The notes beneath the pieces are model-generated. The model saw only the letters and a program-made list of their open reading frames with translations. It was not told the origin of the DNA and made no database searches. A stretch of 64,000 bases of DNA from Rhodothermales bacterium (GTDB taxonomy: Bacteria > Bacteroidota > Rhodothermia > Rhodothermales > Bin80): NCBI GenBank assembly GCA_965219915.1, contig OZ244794.1, positions 2,833,118 to 2,897,117 of the forward strand, in the 5' to 3' direction. Below are positions 18,242 to 29,900 of the stretch, one piece after another. The translations under genes and the position numbers were made by a program. How positions within the stretch are numbered: position 1 is the stretch's first letter; each line of letters begins with the position of its first letter.

Positions 18242-19738
18242 CTAAGAATGGTAAAAGTCCTTCAACCTTGGATACAACCCCCTAAACTGTTCATGCAAAT
18301 CCGTATACCTTGATTCATACGTCCCCGGCTCGGACAGCTCACGCGTACAAACTATTGCATCGCACGCTTCCTGCACAGAAGACCACGTACCACTCCCGGT
18401 TCCTGCAAGCAGTGCGGCGCCCATCGCCGCACCTTCGGTTACCTCAACAACATTCAGAGGAAATCCCATTATATCTGCCAGTATCTGTCTCCACAATGTA
18501 CTCTTGGCACCTCCGCCGGAGATTCTGATCCTCTCGGGTGCAGGCAGCCCCGAGGCACGGAGTAGGAGAAGATTATCTCTCAAACCATAAGCAACGCCTT
18601 CCAGGACAGCCCTTGTGAGATGGCCCCGGCCATGACGAGAGGTGAGTCCGATAAAACTGCCTCGAACGAGTGGATCAGCGTGTGGGGTACGCTCACCACT
18701 GAGGTACGGCGAAAAGAATAATCCCTCGCTGCCAGGTTCGACGTCTGCCGCCTCCGAAAGTAGTTCGTCATAAGAAACGTCGCCCGCAAATATATCTCGA
18801 TACCACTCGAGACTGCCTGCTGCACTCAACATGACCCCCATCATGTGCCAGGTCCCTGGAAGCGCATGCGGGAATGCATGCGCTCGCCCAAGCGAGTCTA
18901 TGCGTGGATGATCGCATGGCGCAAACACAACCCCTGAGGTTCCCAGCGTAACCGCCCAGGTACTGGGATGTATGGCCCCTACCCCAACTGCTTGCGCTGC
19001 CTGATCTCCGCCTCCTGCGTATATAGGCACTCCTTCTGGGAGCCCAGTTTCCAACGCGCAGGCACGACTCACCGTACCCGTGGCTGTAGTGCCCTCGTAT
19101 GTAGGCGGGAGCCATTCTTCTGGAATATTCAGTTCGTTAAGTAAATCCGAGGCCCAGGTACGCGATGCTAAATCCAGCATCAGAGTCCCACCTGCACCTG
19201 CCTTGTCAGCAGCAAAGTTACCGCTCAACTGCCAGCGGATGTAGTCCTTTGGCAATAAGACCTGGGCGATCCTGTCGAAGTTTTCCGGCTCATGATCACG
19301 AACCCACAAGAGCTTGGGGGCTGTGAACCCGGTAAATGCATCGTTGCCTGTGATCGCGACCAGGCGCTCAAGTCCGACCTGTACCCGGATGGCTTCGCAC
19401 TGCGCCCCAGCTCTTCCATCATTCCACAACATAGCCGGTCGGACAACCTTGCCATCTGAATCGAGGATCACCAACCCATGCATCTGTCCAGTTAGCCCAA
19501 TCGCCTGCACAGCTTTTGCATCCACCGATGGCAACTCCAAAACACCTTGAATACTCTTGCACATTGCTTTCCACCATTCCTCAGGGGACTGTTCTCGCCA
19601 CAGTGGACGAGGGCTTGATAGCGTATGAGCCGTCGAATATTGTCCAAGTACGCTACCCTTAGCGTCTATACAAACGGCTTTTGAGGCCGTCGTGGATACA
19701 TCAAGTCCGAGAATACAGGGGGCAGATGTCATAAGCAC
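18242..19738 (-). CDS. xylB: xylulokinase (FGGY carbohydrate kinase)
   Basis: The 498-aa ORF contains ILGLDVSTTASKAV, GLTGQMHGLVILD and PAMLWNDGRA, which are typical of XylB. Confidence 0.8.
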   Translation of the reverse strand: MLMTSAPCILGLDVSTTASKAVCIDAKGSVLGQYSTAHTLSSPRPLWREQSPEEWWKAMCKSIQGVLELPSVDAKAVQAIGLTGQMHGLVILDSDGKVVRPAMLWNDGRAGAQCEAIRVQVGLERLVAITGNDAFTGFTAPKLLWVRDHEPENFDRIAQVLLPKDYIRWQLSGNFAADKAGAGGTLMLDLASRTWASDLLNELNIPEEWLPPTYEGTTATGTVSRACALETGLPEGVPIYAGGGDQAAQAVGVGAIHPSTWAVTLGTSGVVFAPCDHPRIDSLGRAHAFPHALPGTWHMMGVMLSAAGSLEWYRDIFAGDVSYDELLSEAADVEPGSEGLFFSPYLSGERTPHADPLVRGSFIGLTSRHGRGHLTRAVLEGVAYGLRDNLLLLRASGLPAPERIRISGGGAKSTLWRQILADIMGFPLNVVEVTEGAAMGAALLAGTGSGTWSSVQEACDAIVCTRELSEPGTYESRYTDLHEQFRGLYPRLKDFYHS

Positions 19739-19781
19739 CGAGTAACGATAACTGTTTGTAATGCATTAGTTTTGTTCAATC

Positions 19782-21278
19782 ATGAAGATAGCACCACCAT
19801 ACGGATTACGACAACGCGTGGGCCTGTTCCTGGGTCCACTTTGGCTGTTGGCGGTGCTTGCGCTTCCTCCCCCGAACGGACTGGAACTAGAAGCCTGGTA
19901 CACAGCAGGCGCAGCCCTTTTGATGGCCACATGGTGGATTGCTGAATCCATCCCAATTCCGGCTACCTCCCTTCTACCGCTCATTCTGTTTCCAATCATG
20001 GGCGTGAATACCATGCAAGAAACCGCAGCGCCCTATGCACATCCCATCATATTTCTCTTTATGGGAGGCTTCATCATCGCACTGGGAATGATGCGATGGG
20101 ATTTGCACCGTCGGATCGCAATCTGGATTATTTCCCGTGCGGGTACGGGGCCACGGGCCCTGATCGCCGGGTTCATGACAGCAACCGCGGGACTTAGCAT
20201 GTGGGTCAGCAATACCGCAACGACCCTGATGATGCTGCCCGTTGCACTATCTGTAATCACGCTGGCCGATACGGAGGGAACTGTAGAGCGCTTCAAGCAC
20301 CATTTTGCAGTTGCTCTACTCCTAGGCGTTGCTTATGCGGCCAACATAGGAGGAATGGGTACCCTCATCGGCACAATTCCAAACGCGTTTATCAGTGCAT
20401 TCTTCGAAAGTGAGTACGGATACACCATAACATTTATTAAATGGCTCTCGGTTGGTGTACCGGTTGTAATAGTTGGTGTGCCCTTGGTATTCTTTGCGAT
20501 TACCCGACTGCTCTACAAATTTGACAAAGAGGATCTGATTGGAAGTAAATCAATCATCGCAAAGGAAAAACAAAATCTCGGCCCTATGAAGAAGGGCGAG
20601 AAAATCGTAGCTGTGGTGTTCACCATTACCGCACTGCTCTGGATCACACGTCCATTACTTGCTCCTATAATCCCCGGGCTGACCGATGCCAATATCGCGA
20701 TGATCGGAGGACTATCACTATTTGTAATCCCGGTGGATTTCAAGCGCGGCGTCTTCGCACAGGATTGGGATACCGCCAAAAAGCTCCCATGGGGAGCACT
20801 CATCCTGATTGGAGGCGGCCTAAGCCTCGCGGGTGCCGTTTCCAGTAGTGGTCTTGCCGCGTGGCTCGGCGAATCACTCCAACCACTTCAACAGTATCCT
20901 ACGATCCTCATTGTCCTTGTCACAACGGGTGTCATTGTTTTTCTTACAGAGATCACCAGCAATACCGCTACCACAGCTACGTTCCTTCCGGTGCTTGCTG
21001 CTCTTGCCCTAGCAGTTGGGGAGAGTCCCCTGCTTCTGGCGGTGCCTGCCGCCCTTGGAGCCAGTTGTGCATTCATGCTACCGGTTGCTACGCCCCCCAA
21101 TGCTATCGTTTATGGCAGTGGGCGCGTGACTGTCTTCGAAATGGCACGGGCAGGCTTTTTGCTCAACTTTGCTTTTCTTTTACTGATTACCATTTGTGCA
21201 TATTCTATTATACTCTGGGTATTTGGGATTGACGTTGGAACTATTCCGGCCTGGGTGGCACAAAGCCCTTCGCCATGA
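19782..21278 (+). CDS. SLC13/DASS family anion:sodium symporter
   Basis: The 498-aa polytopic membrane protein carries the two signature SNTAT hairpins (WVSNTATTLMMLPV and TEITSNTATTATFLPV). Confidence 0.85.
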   Translation: MKIAPPYGLRQRVGLFLGPLWLLAVLALPPPNGLELEAWYTAGAALLMATWWIAESIPIPATSLLPLILFPIMGVNTMQETAAPYAHPIIFLFMGGFIIALGMMRWDLHRRIAIWIISRAGTGPRALIAGFMTATAGLSMWVSNTATTLMMLPVALSVITLADTEGTVERFKHHFAVALLLGVAYAANIGGMGTLIGTIPNAFISAFFESEYGYTITFIKWLSVGVPVVIVGVPLVFFAITRLLYKFDKEDLIGSKSIIAKEKQNLGPMKKGEKIVAVVFTITALLWITRPLLAPIIPGLTDANIAMIGGLSLFVIPVDFKRGVFAQDWDTAKKLPWGALILIGGGLSLAGAVSSSGLAAWLGESLQPLQQYPTILIVLVTTGVIVFLTEITSNTATTATFLPVLAALALAVGESPLLLAVPAALGASCAFMLPVATPPNAIVYGSGRVTVFEMARAGFLLNFAFLLLITICAYSIILWVFGIDVGTIPAWVAQSPSP

Positions 21279-21325
21279 TGGTAAACGTAGATGTATGTCA
21301 TTATCAAAACAAGATTAGGTCATAA

Positions 21326-22360
21326 ATGAAACACTGCGTCACATTCGGCGAAATCATGCTGCGGCTTTCTCCGCCCGGGTTCCAGCGATTCGTACAGGCC
21401 TCCTCATTTGACGTGCGCTATGGCGGGGCCGAAGCAAATGTAGCGGCTTCACTGGCCGGATTTGGGATCCCCGTTCAGTTCGTCTCACGCGTGCCCTCGA
21501 ACGAGTTGGGCACCAGCGCGGTGCAAGCTGTCCGTGCACTCGGTATCGGAACACAATTTATCCAGCGCGGAGGCGAGCGCTTGGGAATCTACTTCCTGGA
21601 AACCGGCGCATCTGCACGTGCAAGCAAGGTTGTTTATGACCGCGCATACTCGGGCATCGCCTCTATAGAACCGGGAATGATCAACTGGGATGATGTCTTT
21701 GCAGGAGCAGGTTGGTTTCACTGGACTGGAATCACGCCGGCGGTTTCTGAAGGGGCAGCACTGGCCGTAGAGGAAGCCCTTGCAGCAGCAAGCCGTCACA
21801 ACGTGACCGTCTCCGTTGATCTAAATTATCGCGCTAATTTATGGAAGTGGGGAAAGACCGCCACAGAAGTAATGCCCGATCTGGTAGCTTCATGCGATGT
21901 TATCGTAGGTAATGAGGAGGATGCCCACAAGGTCTTTGGTATTCATCCTGAGGGGGTTGAAGTAAAGAGCGGCCACCTGGATGCTTCCGCCTACGAATCG
22001 GTCGGCCGGCAGCTCATGGAACGATTTCCACGTTGCCAACGGGCTATCATTACGCTGCGCAGCTCTATCAGTGCCTCGCACAATGCCTGGTCCGGTGTCC
22101 TGTGGGATGGATCAAGACTATTGTACGGGCCCGAATACGATATCACGCACATGGTTGACCGAGTGGGAGGGGGAGACTCGTTCGTGGGCGGCTTAATCTA
22201 CGGGCTCCTTTCCTTTGATGGGGACAATCAAAAAGCGTTGAATTTTGCCGTGGCCGCTTCATGTCTCAAACACACTATACCCGGGGATTTCAATCTGGTG
22301 AGCGTGGCTGAGGTTGAAAAACTGCTCTCTGGAGATGCCTCCGGCAGGGTTACCCGCTAA
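21326..22360 (+). CDS. kdgK: 2-dehydro-3-deoxygluconokinase (PfkB sugar kinase)
   Basis: The 344-aa ORF contains TFGEIMLRLSPPGFQRF, YGGAEANVAASLA and the C-terminal GGGDSFVGGLIYGL PfkB motif. Confidence 0.75.
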   Translation: MKHCVTFGEIMLRLSPPGFQRFVQASSFDVRYGGAEANVAASLAGFGIPVQFVSRVPSNELGTSAVQAVRALGIGTQFIQRGGERLGIYFLETGASARASKVVYDRAYSGIASIEPGMINWDDVFAGAGWFHWTGITPAVSEGAALAVEEALAAASRHNVTVSVDLNYRANLWKWGKTATEVMPDLVASCDVIVGNEEDAHKVFGIHPEGVEVKSGHLDASAYESVGRQLMERFPRCQRAIITLRSSISASHNAWSGVLWDGSRLLYGPEYDITHMVDRVGGGDSFVGGLIYGLLSFDGDNQKALNFAVAASCLKHTIPGDFNLVSVAEVEKLLSGDASGRVTR

Positions 22361-22403
22361 CAATGCGTGCAATTGCTTGTGGACATTCCGTATCCACCGA
22401 ATG

Positions 22404-22477
<74 letters not shown>

Positions 22478-22525
22478 GCTACAGCAGATCGTGCTACCCT
22501 GTTCACTCAAAGCTGTTCCAGAATT

Positions 22526-23581
22526 GTGGGAAAACCTAGTTTCGATGTAGTTGTTGCCGGTGCTGGACTAGGCGGTGTGTGTGCGGCTTTGTGGTTCTCC
22601 TCTTCCAACCGGGTATTGCTTTTGTCGGGCACTGCGCCAGCTGCGTCCACTGTTGCGGCGGGGCTGATTAACCCGTTTGCCGGACGGCGCGTTACCCCGT
22701 GCTGGCATGCTGACCTTGCGTACAAAGACCTACTGGACACGCTTGCACACGCTGATGCAAGTGATACTTATGACCCATGTGGTATTTTGCGAACGGCCTT
22801 GGACGAGGCACAGTCCTTAAAACTGCGTTCATTGGTTCAGGAGCATGCTGACTCATTCACTTGGCTACCGCCAGATGAGGCACATTCCCGCTTTCCGTAT
22901 GTGTCCGCCCCTTTTGGTGCTGCAATCACCACTGGTGGAGTAGTTGATACGCCTAGAATGCTGGAGTACACCCGCGGGACGATAGCGTCTCGCTGTACTG
23001 TCCTGGCTTCCGATCTTGTTGGTTGGGAAGATACCGGATCTGGCGTTACCGTTGCCCTCAAATCAGGACCTTCCCTTCGTGCCTCGAAACTAGTCCTTGC
23101 ACTCGGGGCAGGTTACAAGTCCTTTCCTGCACTCTCTGCATTGAATCTACATTGCATCAAAGGCCAAATCGTTCGCGTACTCACTCCAGAGTCTTTTTCA
23201 CACTCCATTCCTGTGAGCGGACATGGATATGTGGTTCCTCTGGGTGACACACTAATTCTCGGGACCACTTACGAGCATTCCTTTCAGAATGATCAACCTA
23301 CAGAAGTGGGATCTAAGAACATTCTCGCGCTAACACAGCAAATGGTACCTAGCGTAGAGACAGCGGATATACTTGATACAGCAGCAGGGATTAGAGTCGG
23401 AGTCCCCGGAACCCGGTTACCGATGGTTGGCCCACTGTCTGGAAATGTGTGGGTCCTGACTGGACTTGGATCACAAGGATTGTTGTTTGGCGCACACATC
23501 GGCCGCAACCTAGTAAACTGGATAACCAATCCTGGGGATGTTCCCAATGAACTACGATTACAGAAAAAACGACGGAATTGA
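22526..23581 (+). CDS. FAD-dependent oxidoreductase (DAO/glycine oxidase-like)
   Basis: The 351-aa ORF has a GTG start and the dinucleotide-binding motif FDVVVAGAGLGGVCAAL. Confidence 0.7.
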   Translation: MGKPSFDVVVAGAGLGGVCAALWFSSSNRVLLLSGTAPAASTVAAGLINPFAGRRVTPCWHADLAYKDLLDTLAHADASDTYDPCGILRTALDEAQSLKLRSLVQEHADSFTWLPPDEAHSRFPYVSAPFGAAITTGGVVDTPRMLEYTRGTIASRCTVLASDLVGWEDTGSGVTVALKSGPSLRASKLVLALGAGYKSFPALSALNLHCIKGQIVRVLTPESFSHSIPVSGHGYVVPLGDTLILGTTYEHSFQNDQPTEVGSKNILALTQQMVPSVETADILDTAAGIRVGVPGTRLPMVGPLSGNVWVLTGLGSQGLLFGAHIGRNLVNWITNPGDVPNELRLQKKRRN

Positions 23582-23673
23582 GTAACCTTTCCCTTCGAAT
23601 AGTCGTTGAACGCCCAGATCTCCCCAAATTATTGGGACCTTTAGTTTTCACAACCTAACCTACAAGTACAACA

Positions 23674-24753
23674 ATGGCTGAAGTTCTGAGCACCGATACC
23701 GCTGCTATACTCGAAGATTCTGCAGAAAATCTCTTGACACATAAGTGCGAGACGATCCCACAGGAAAATCTGTATTTGCCGGGCCCAAACTTTGTGGATG
23801 ATGTTTGGGCAGCATCTGATCGAACCCCTCGTGTACTCCGTTCACTCCAGACACTTTTCGGTTCGGGCCGACTCTCTGGAACAGGCTACGTCTCCATTCT
23901 CCCTGTCGACCAGGGAATTGAGCACTCTGCCGGCGCTTCCTTTGCTAAGAACCCCATTTACTTTGACCCCGAGAATATCGTCCGTCTGGCTATTGAGGGG
24001 GGATGTAATGGAGTTGCATCTACCTATGGTGTATTGGGATCCATCGCACGTAAGTACGCGCACAAGATCCCCTTCATCTTGAAGTTCAATCACAACGAAT
24101 TGTTGAGCTATCCCAACTCACACGATCAGGTACCCTTTGCGAGTATTCAGAACGCTTGGGATATGGGTTGCGTTGGTGTAGGAGCAACCATCTATTTTGG
24201 CTCCGAAAACTCCAATCGGCAGCTACAGGAAGTTTCAGAAGCGTTCGCCCTTGCGCATGAGCTTGGCATGCTAACGATCCTGTGGTGCTACGTGCGTAAC
24301 AGTGCATTCAAGGTTAACGGCGTCAACCACGAGGCTTCCGCGGATCTCACCGGACAGGCTAATCATCTGGGTGTAACCATAGAAGCGGATATCATAAAAC
24401 AAAAGCAGCCCACGTCGAATGGAGGTTATCGTGCCTTGAATTATGGTGACTCCAGTTATGGCAAGTTTGATGAGCGTATTTACACGCAACTAGCGAGCGA
24501 CCATCCAATTGACCTGACCAGATATCAGGTTGCCAACTGCTATATGGGACGTTGCGGACTAATCAATTCTGGCGGTGCTTCAGGTTCGAACGACTTGCAG
24601 CAAGCAGTCAAGACTGCTGTTATCAACAAGCGAGCTGGCGGGATGGGCCTGATCTCCGGGCGCAAGGCCTTCCAGCGTCCGATGAAAGATGGTATCAATA
24701 TCCTGAATGCAATTCAGGATGTCTACCTTGACAAGTCTGTAACCATCGCCTAG
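23674..24753 (+). CDS. fbaB: class I fructose-bisphosphate aldolase (FbaB/DhnA type)
   Basis: The 359-aa ORF is closely colinear with E. coli FbaB ([24 protein letters not shown]..., [27 protein letters not shown]). Confidence 0.9.
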   Translation: MAEVLSTDTAAILEDSAENLLTHKCETIPQENLYLPGPNFVDDVWAASDRTPRVLRSLQTLFGSGRLSGTGYVSILPVDQGIEHSAGASFAKNPIYFDPENIVRLAIEGGCNGVASTYGVLGSIARKYAHKIPFILKFNHNELLSYPNSHDQVPFASIQNAWDMGCVGVGATIYFGSENSNRQLQEVSEAFALAHELGMLTILWCYVRNSAFKVNGVNHEASADLTGQANHLGVTIEADIIKQKQPTSNGGYRALNYGDSSYGKFDERIYTQLASDHPIDLTRYQVANCYMGRCGLINSGGASGSNDLQQAVKTAVINKRAGGMGLISGRKAFQRPMKDGINILNAIQDVYLDKSVTIA

Positions 24754-25670
24754 GAGTGTAAAACGAATTCGTATGAGGATCTACAGAACTCTATTGAAAA
24801 TTGCATCGCATTGTGTGAACAATTAACACAAATGACCGCGCGAGCCGGCGGCCACGACGGCCGATTCCCTATTCGAGACCATGACACGCTTTCTATCGAT
24901 AGATTGCAAAGGCAGTCCTGAAGGCTCCTCCTAGCCTGGAGTATGCTCCACACAAACCGCCATTGGAAAGGATGGATTTTCTCCTATTTCCATTGCCGAT
25001 GCAATACCGCAAGCGTGAAATCTAGCGGATAGTTTACAACTGCGTATCCCGCTGGAGTACTGCCGTAATCTTGCTCTTCGGATTCTATCGGCACAAGTTC
25101 AGCTGTAGAGAGACGACTGTTGAGCAGGGTTTCATTTCTTATCTACAAGTTTATTACAAGTACCAAAAGTTTCCTGGCGCCATCATTCTCTGAGGGTCTG
25201 CCGTCAGGGCATAGGATTACTCAAGTGGGGCAGATAAGGCACTATATCATTTTTCTTGTATATTTTGCACCCGGATCTGATGTCTGACACGACTCATCAA
25301 CGATGTGGGCACGTATTCAAGATATGACTGAACTTTGGGGGTGTCAGTTTTCTCGGGAAGTGCCGGATTTCAAGCAGGATCATGCAGTTCAAATTACTGA
25401 GATCCGTGCTAGCTCTTCAGTGTATCCAGTTTCCTGTTGAACGGAATGTGGTAGCATCTGTCTGGACTACAATCATTATGTGCGGAAGAGGCACAACACG
25501 GAAATCTGCGAGTACCGTACAAAGGTGGTCATTTGGTGTCAAGATAAATGAATAATGTAAAGGAAGCTCTGATCAATAGCCTTTTGGTGGTAGAGGAGAC
25601 ATGATCGGACATGAAATGCGGCCACGGAGGCTGTGGTCAGGCTACAGGCGTTCTATTTGCGCACCGCTAC

Positions 25671-26723
25671 ATACATTTTGAAGGCGCCAGACGCGCCGTT
25701 GGTGCCGTCCGGGCAGAGCTATTCCGCGATCGCGGCAGTCAGCAGTGAATCACGGGCCAAGTAAAAGTTGGCCAGGGCGGCCAGCGTGTAGACCTGTGCC
25801 GCGTTCTTGCCCAAGCCGCGGTAGCGCGTCCTTCGATAGCCCCAAAGATGCTTGATCACCCCAAAAGTGTGCTCAACCCTGGCCCGGGTCCGGTTGCTCT
25901 TCTTGTTGAAGGACTGGTCCGCACAGTTGAGCTTTCGCTTTCTGGTTGCCTTGCGCAATACACGCCATTCCACGCCCTGCGCTTCCGCCTCCGCCTTCCG
26001 CTGCGCGCTCACGTAGGCCTTGTCGCCGTAGATCACCTGCTCCTGGCCGTGCAAACATTCGTCCATCAGGGTCTCGTCGTGTGCGTTCGCAGGCGTTACC
26101 GCCACACTATGCACCAGACCGTGCGTATCGGTCCCGATATGCGTCTTCATACCGAAATACCACTTGTTGCCCTTCTTCGTCGACTTCATCTCGGGATCGC
26201 GCTGCTTCGCTCGGTTCTTCGTTGACGAGGGCGCCGAGATGATGGTCGCATCCACGATCGACCCCGTCTTCACAAGCAGACCACGCTCTTCCAACATATC
26301 CCGACTCAACTCAAACAGCCGCCGCGTCAAGCCGTGCTGCTCCAATAAATGGCGAAACTTGCAAATGGTCGTCTCATCCGGAGCGTGGCCAGCGTCCACA
26401 CGGGCGAAAATGCGCACCGCCATGTTGTCGTACAACGCATCCTCCATGGCCGGATCCGAATACCCATACCACTGCTGCAAAAAATAGATGCGCAGCATCG
26501 TATCCAACTGCATCGGCGGACGCCCCTTGCCTCCCTTGTAGTAAAACGGCCGGATCAAGTCCAGCATCGCTTCCCAAGGAAGAACCGTGTCCATCTGGGC
26601 CAGGAAACGCTGCTTCCTAGTCTTCTTGGTTCGATTCCAGTAACTCGCGTCCTCAAATGAATCCTGTCTCATGGCTCGGTAATCAATCTCTGTGGTCCAG
26701 TAAGATGAGGCTCTAGCAAAACG
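25671..26723 (-). mobile_element. IS5-family insertion sequence (boundaries approximate)
   Basis: It consists of one InsH-like transposase gene with short flanks. An imperfect terminal inverted repeat is present (25674-25688 cattttgaaggcgcc versus the reverse complement of 26709-26723 ggctctagcaaaacg, about 10/15 matches). The direct repeat CGCTAC (inner CTAC) occurs at 25665-25670 and 26722-26727. GC is much higher than the surroundings. Confidence 0.7.
25719..26672 (-). CDS. IS5-family DDE transposase (InsH-like)
   Basis: The 317-aa ORF is colinear with E. coli IS5 InsH (LPWEAMLDLIRPFYYKGGKGRPPMQLDTMLRIYFLQQWYGYSDPAMEDALYD; VDATIISAPSSTKN; RDPEMKSTKKGNKWYFGMKTHIG; RARVEHTFGVIK). Confidence 0.93.
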   Translation of the reverse strand: MRQDSFEDASYWNRTKKTRKQRFLAQMDTVLPWEAMLDLIRPFYYKGGKGRPPMQLDTMLRIYFLQQWYGYSDPAMEDALYDNMAVRIFARVDAGHAPDETTICKFRHLLEQHGLTRRLFELSRDMLEERGLLVKTGSIVDATIISAPSSTKNRAKQRDPEMKSTKKGNKWYFGMKTHIGTDTHGLVHSVAVTPANAHDETLMDECLHGQEQVIYGDKAYVSAQRKAEAEAQGVEWRVLRKATRKRKLNCADQSFNKKSNRTRARVEHTFGVIKHLWGYRRTRYRGLGKNAAQVYTLAALANFYLARDSLLTAAIAE

Positions 26724-26950
26724 CTACCCCAAAAATACAACCTATCACAAATTAACAATAATTTACCCACATTACCGATTGTGTAACAGATAAAGAACCT
26801 AATTGATGAAACAAATACTTGAAGAGTTACTATATTTGCTGTGAGGCTTATGGGGGCTCTGTCTGTGATCTGCCCCTGGTTTTAGATTTTGGAAATTTGC
26901 AAGAGGCTCAGATGAATGCGAAACTGCCCCGATTAATCAGAGTTTCCTAA

Positions 26951-29900
26951 ATGGGTGAAGAGAAACGAGGAATCGATAATTGGCCTCACAATTCTTCACT
27001 ACCAATTGAATGGACCGAGTTTGGGGACAGAGAATTCTACTTCGCAGAGTATTCCACAGTCGGCGCAATTCCCTCTATTTTGATTGATACTCTGTCATCA
27101 GGCACTACTGATAAAGACCTAGAGGATTGTTTCAGAAAAGTTTTCTCTCAGACGGCATTTCTAATAAAACGAAACCGCGATGCTCTCAAATGTAAAGAAG
27201 CAAGATTCGCTGCGGTAATTCTGGAGAAAATCCTCATTCGGGGTAATACATCCTTACCAACGCTTGGGTTTGAACGTCAAGCCCTGAGAGTTCACGAATT
27301 GTCCGGCTTGATGAGAGAACTGGACGACGATGATCCCGAAATTGGCTGGGAATCAGATGAAGTTGTTGACCTCAAGAGTATTGTTCAGCTGGCTATTGAC
27401 CGGGATGACTTCGTACTTGATCCTGCATTTGAATTTCACGCTAATCGCCCTGACTGTGTGCTTGGGAGCGAAGCTGAGGCTAAATTCCTAAACGACTGGG
27501 TTCCGAGAGAACTAGGGGGCTCAGCTGGCCAATGGTTTATACCACAAGTGCGTTTTGGACCACTCCTGGAGTCGAGGGGAAGGATGAGTTCAAGCGGCGA
27601 TTCTCGACGGATTGACTTCTTGTTTTCCCATCCATGTACTCCACCAATTGCAATTGAGATTGACGGCTCTCAACACGACGATGAGCCACATATAGACGAG
27701 AGGCGAGATCAATTACTGCAATCTGTTGGCATTGAGATCATTCGGGTTTCTACCAGAGAACTAGAGGCAGAGTCGGGACCTTCCCTAGATAAGATCCATC
27801 AACGACTACATGGCCTCTTCACGAAAACGAAGTCGTTGGAAGCAAACCAACAAGTTGCATCACTGGCCAAAAGTTGCACCACTGCGGCTAAGGTCCAGTA
27901 TGCAATCGTTGGGGCACTGTGGCGAGGCTGGTTGCGTCCCGGCAAACATTGGGAAATCGTGATCAACAATGCGACCCAACCCTTGGAGGCCGGTATTCTG
28001 GATTTATTGGAGATGCTTGAAGCTATTGAGGTGATCTATGGCATCCAAGTCTCGCCTTCATCCTGTTCCATCAGGCTGCTATTTGACGGCAGAGTGATCA
28101 ATCTGCCTGATATACCTCCGAATCATGATAATGCAGAGACAGTCGGTGAAGAGAACGATTTCTTCAGTGTTTCTATTGAGGTAAATCGTGGCCCTTTTCA
28201 CAAAATATGTAGCAACAGTGATTTCGACTATGTAATCCGTTCTGCCTATCTTCCCGTTGACCTTATTTCTTCCCCGAAACCAACTCTCGATGGATCCTAT
28301 AGCGCTGATGCACTAAACGATCAATCAGGATCCCGAACTCATCTGGCGCTTCGGCTATTTTTACGTCATGTTTTCAGGAAGCGTGAGTTTCGAGAAGGAC
28401 AATTACAGGGGTTAGTGAATGCGCTCAGAAAAATTGATACGATCATCCTTCTTCCCACTGGAGGAGGGAAGAGTATCATTTACCAACTGGCTGGCCTGCT
28501 CATGCCGGGCATTACACTGGTTGTTGACCCGCTAATCGCGTTGATGGAAGATCAAGTTGAAGGACTTCAGTCCTACGGAATTGATCGGGCAATTGCCATT
28601 TTCTCTACCAATAAGGAAGACCAAGACCGTAAATTCCGGCTAATTGAGAAAGGGCACTATCACTATGTCCTAATATCACCGGAGCGCCTCCAAACTAAGC
28701 CATTTCGTTCTAGTCTTCACTCACTGGCTGAGGACAACCCCATCAATCTAGCAGTCATTGATGAAGCCCACTGCGTTTCCGAATGGGGACATGATTTTCG
28801 ACCCGCCTACCTAAGTCTTGCTAACTCGCTCAGGAACCTTTCATCCTTTGATGGAGATTCTGGTCCCCCCCTCTTGGCTCTGACCGGGACCGCCTCGCGC
28901 GCAGTGCTTAGGGATATGATCAATGATCTGGAAATTGATAAGAATCGTTCAAACTCGTTGATCCGCCCTGACTCGTTTGACAGGCCGGAAATCAAGTTCA
29001 AGGTCATCAGAACATCCCCAGGTCTATCTGACGCGCGACTGAAAAGAGAGTTACAAAGACAACCCCTTGATTTCGGAATTCCCTTGGCGGATTTCTACAA
29101 ACCCAGGAGGAGAAACACAAATTCTGGAATCATATTCGTGCCTACTCTTTGGGAAGTTGACAAGATTCTAGAGCTGGTTGTGGGGTTAATTCCTACGGAA
29201 GTGACATATTACTCCGGCGGATCACCACGCTCGTTTTTGGGGTCTAGGTCTGATTGGGATATGTGTAAGCGTGAGAACGCTCGCAGCTTCAAGCAAAACC
29301 AATCCCCCATACTTGTTGCTACCAAGGCATATGGAATGGGAATTGATAAACCAAATATCCGCTACACAATTCATTACGGCATTCCAAGTTCTCTCGAACA
29401 ATACTATCAAGAAGCCGGGCGCGCAGGTAGGGATAGAAAAGAGGCAGTTTCAATACTCATTCTTGGGGAGATCAACCGTGAGCGATCGGACCGATTGTTA
29501 GATCCTGACTTAGATATAGAGAATCTCAGGAAACGGCATAATGAGATTGCCCGTTCGTTTGACGCCAGAGACGACATCACTCGGGCGCTTTATTTTCACT
29601 TAGAGGGCTTTAAGGGTATTACAGCCGAACTCGAGGATATTAAAAAGCTGGTCGCTGCCATTATTCCAAGGGTTCCATTTATCCCAATTTCGATTCCGTT
29701 CTCGGATAAGAATAAGGCTCGTAAGGAAAAGTCAATATACCGCCTATATAAACTGGGATTCATTAAGGATTACACCGTGGATTGGGGAAAGAAAGAGTTT
29801 TTGGTCACTACAAATAGATTTGATTTTCAAAAATTTCAGGGGAAGTTTCTCGACTATGTGCGAAATATTGCGCCTGGGAAACTCAGATCAACTCGTCGGA

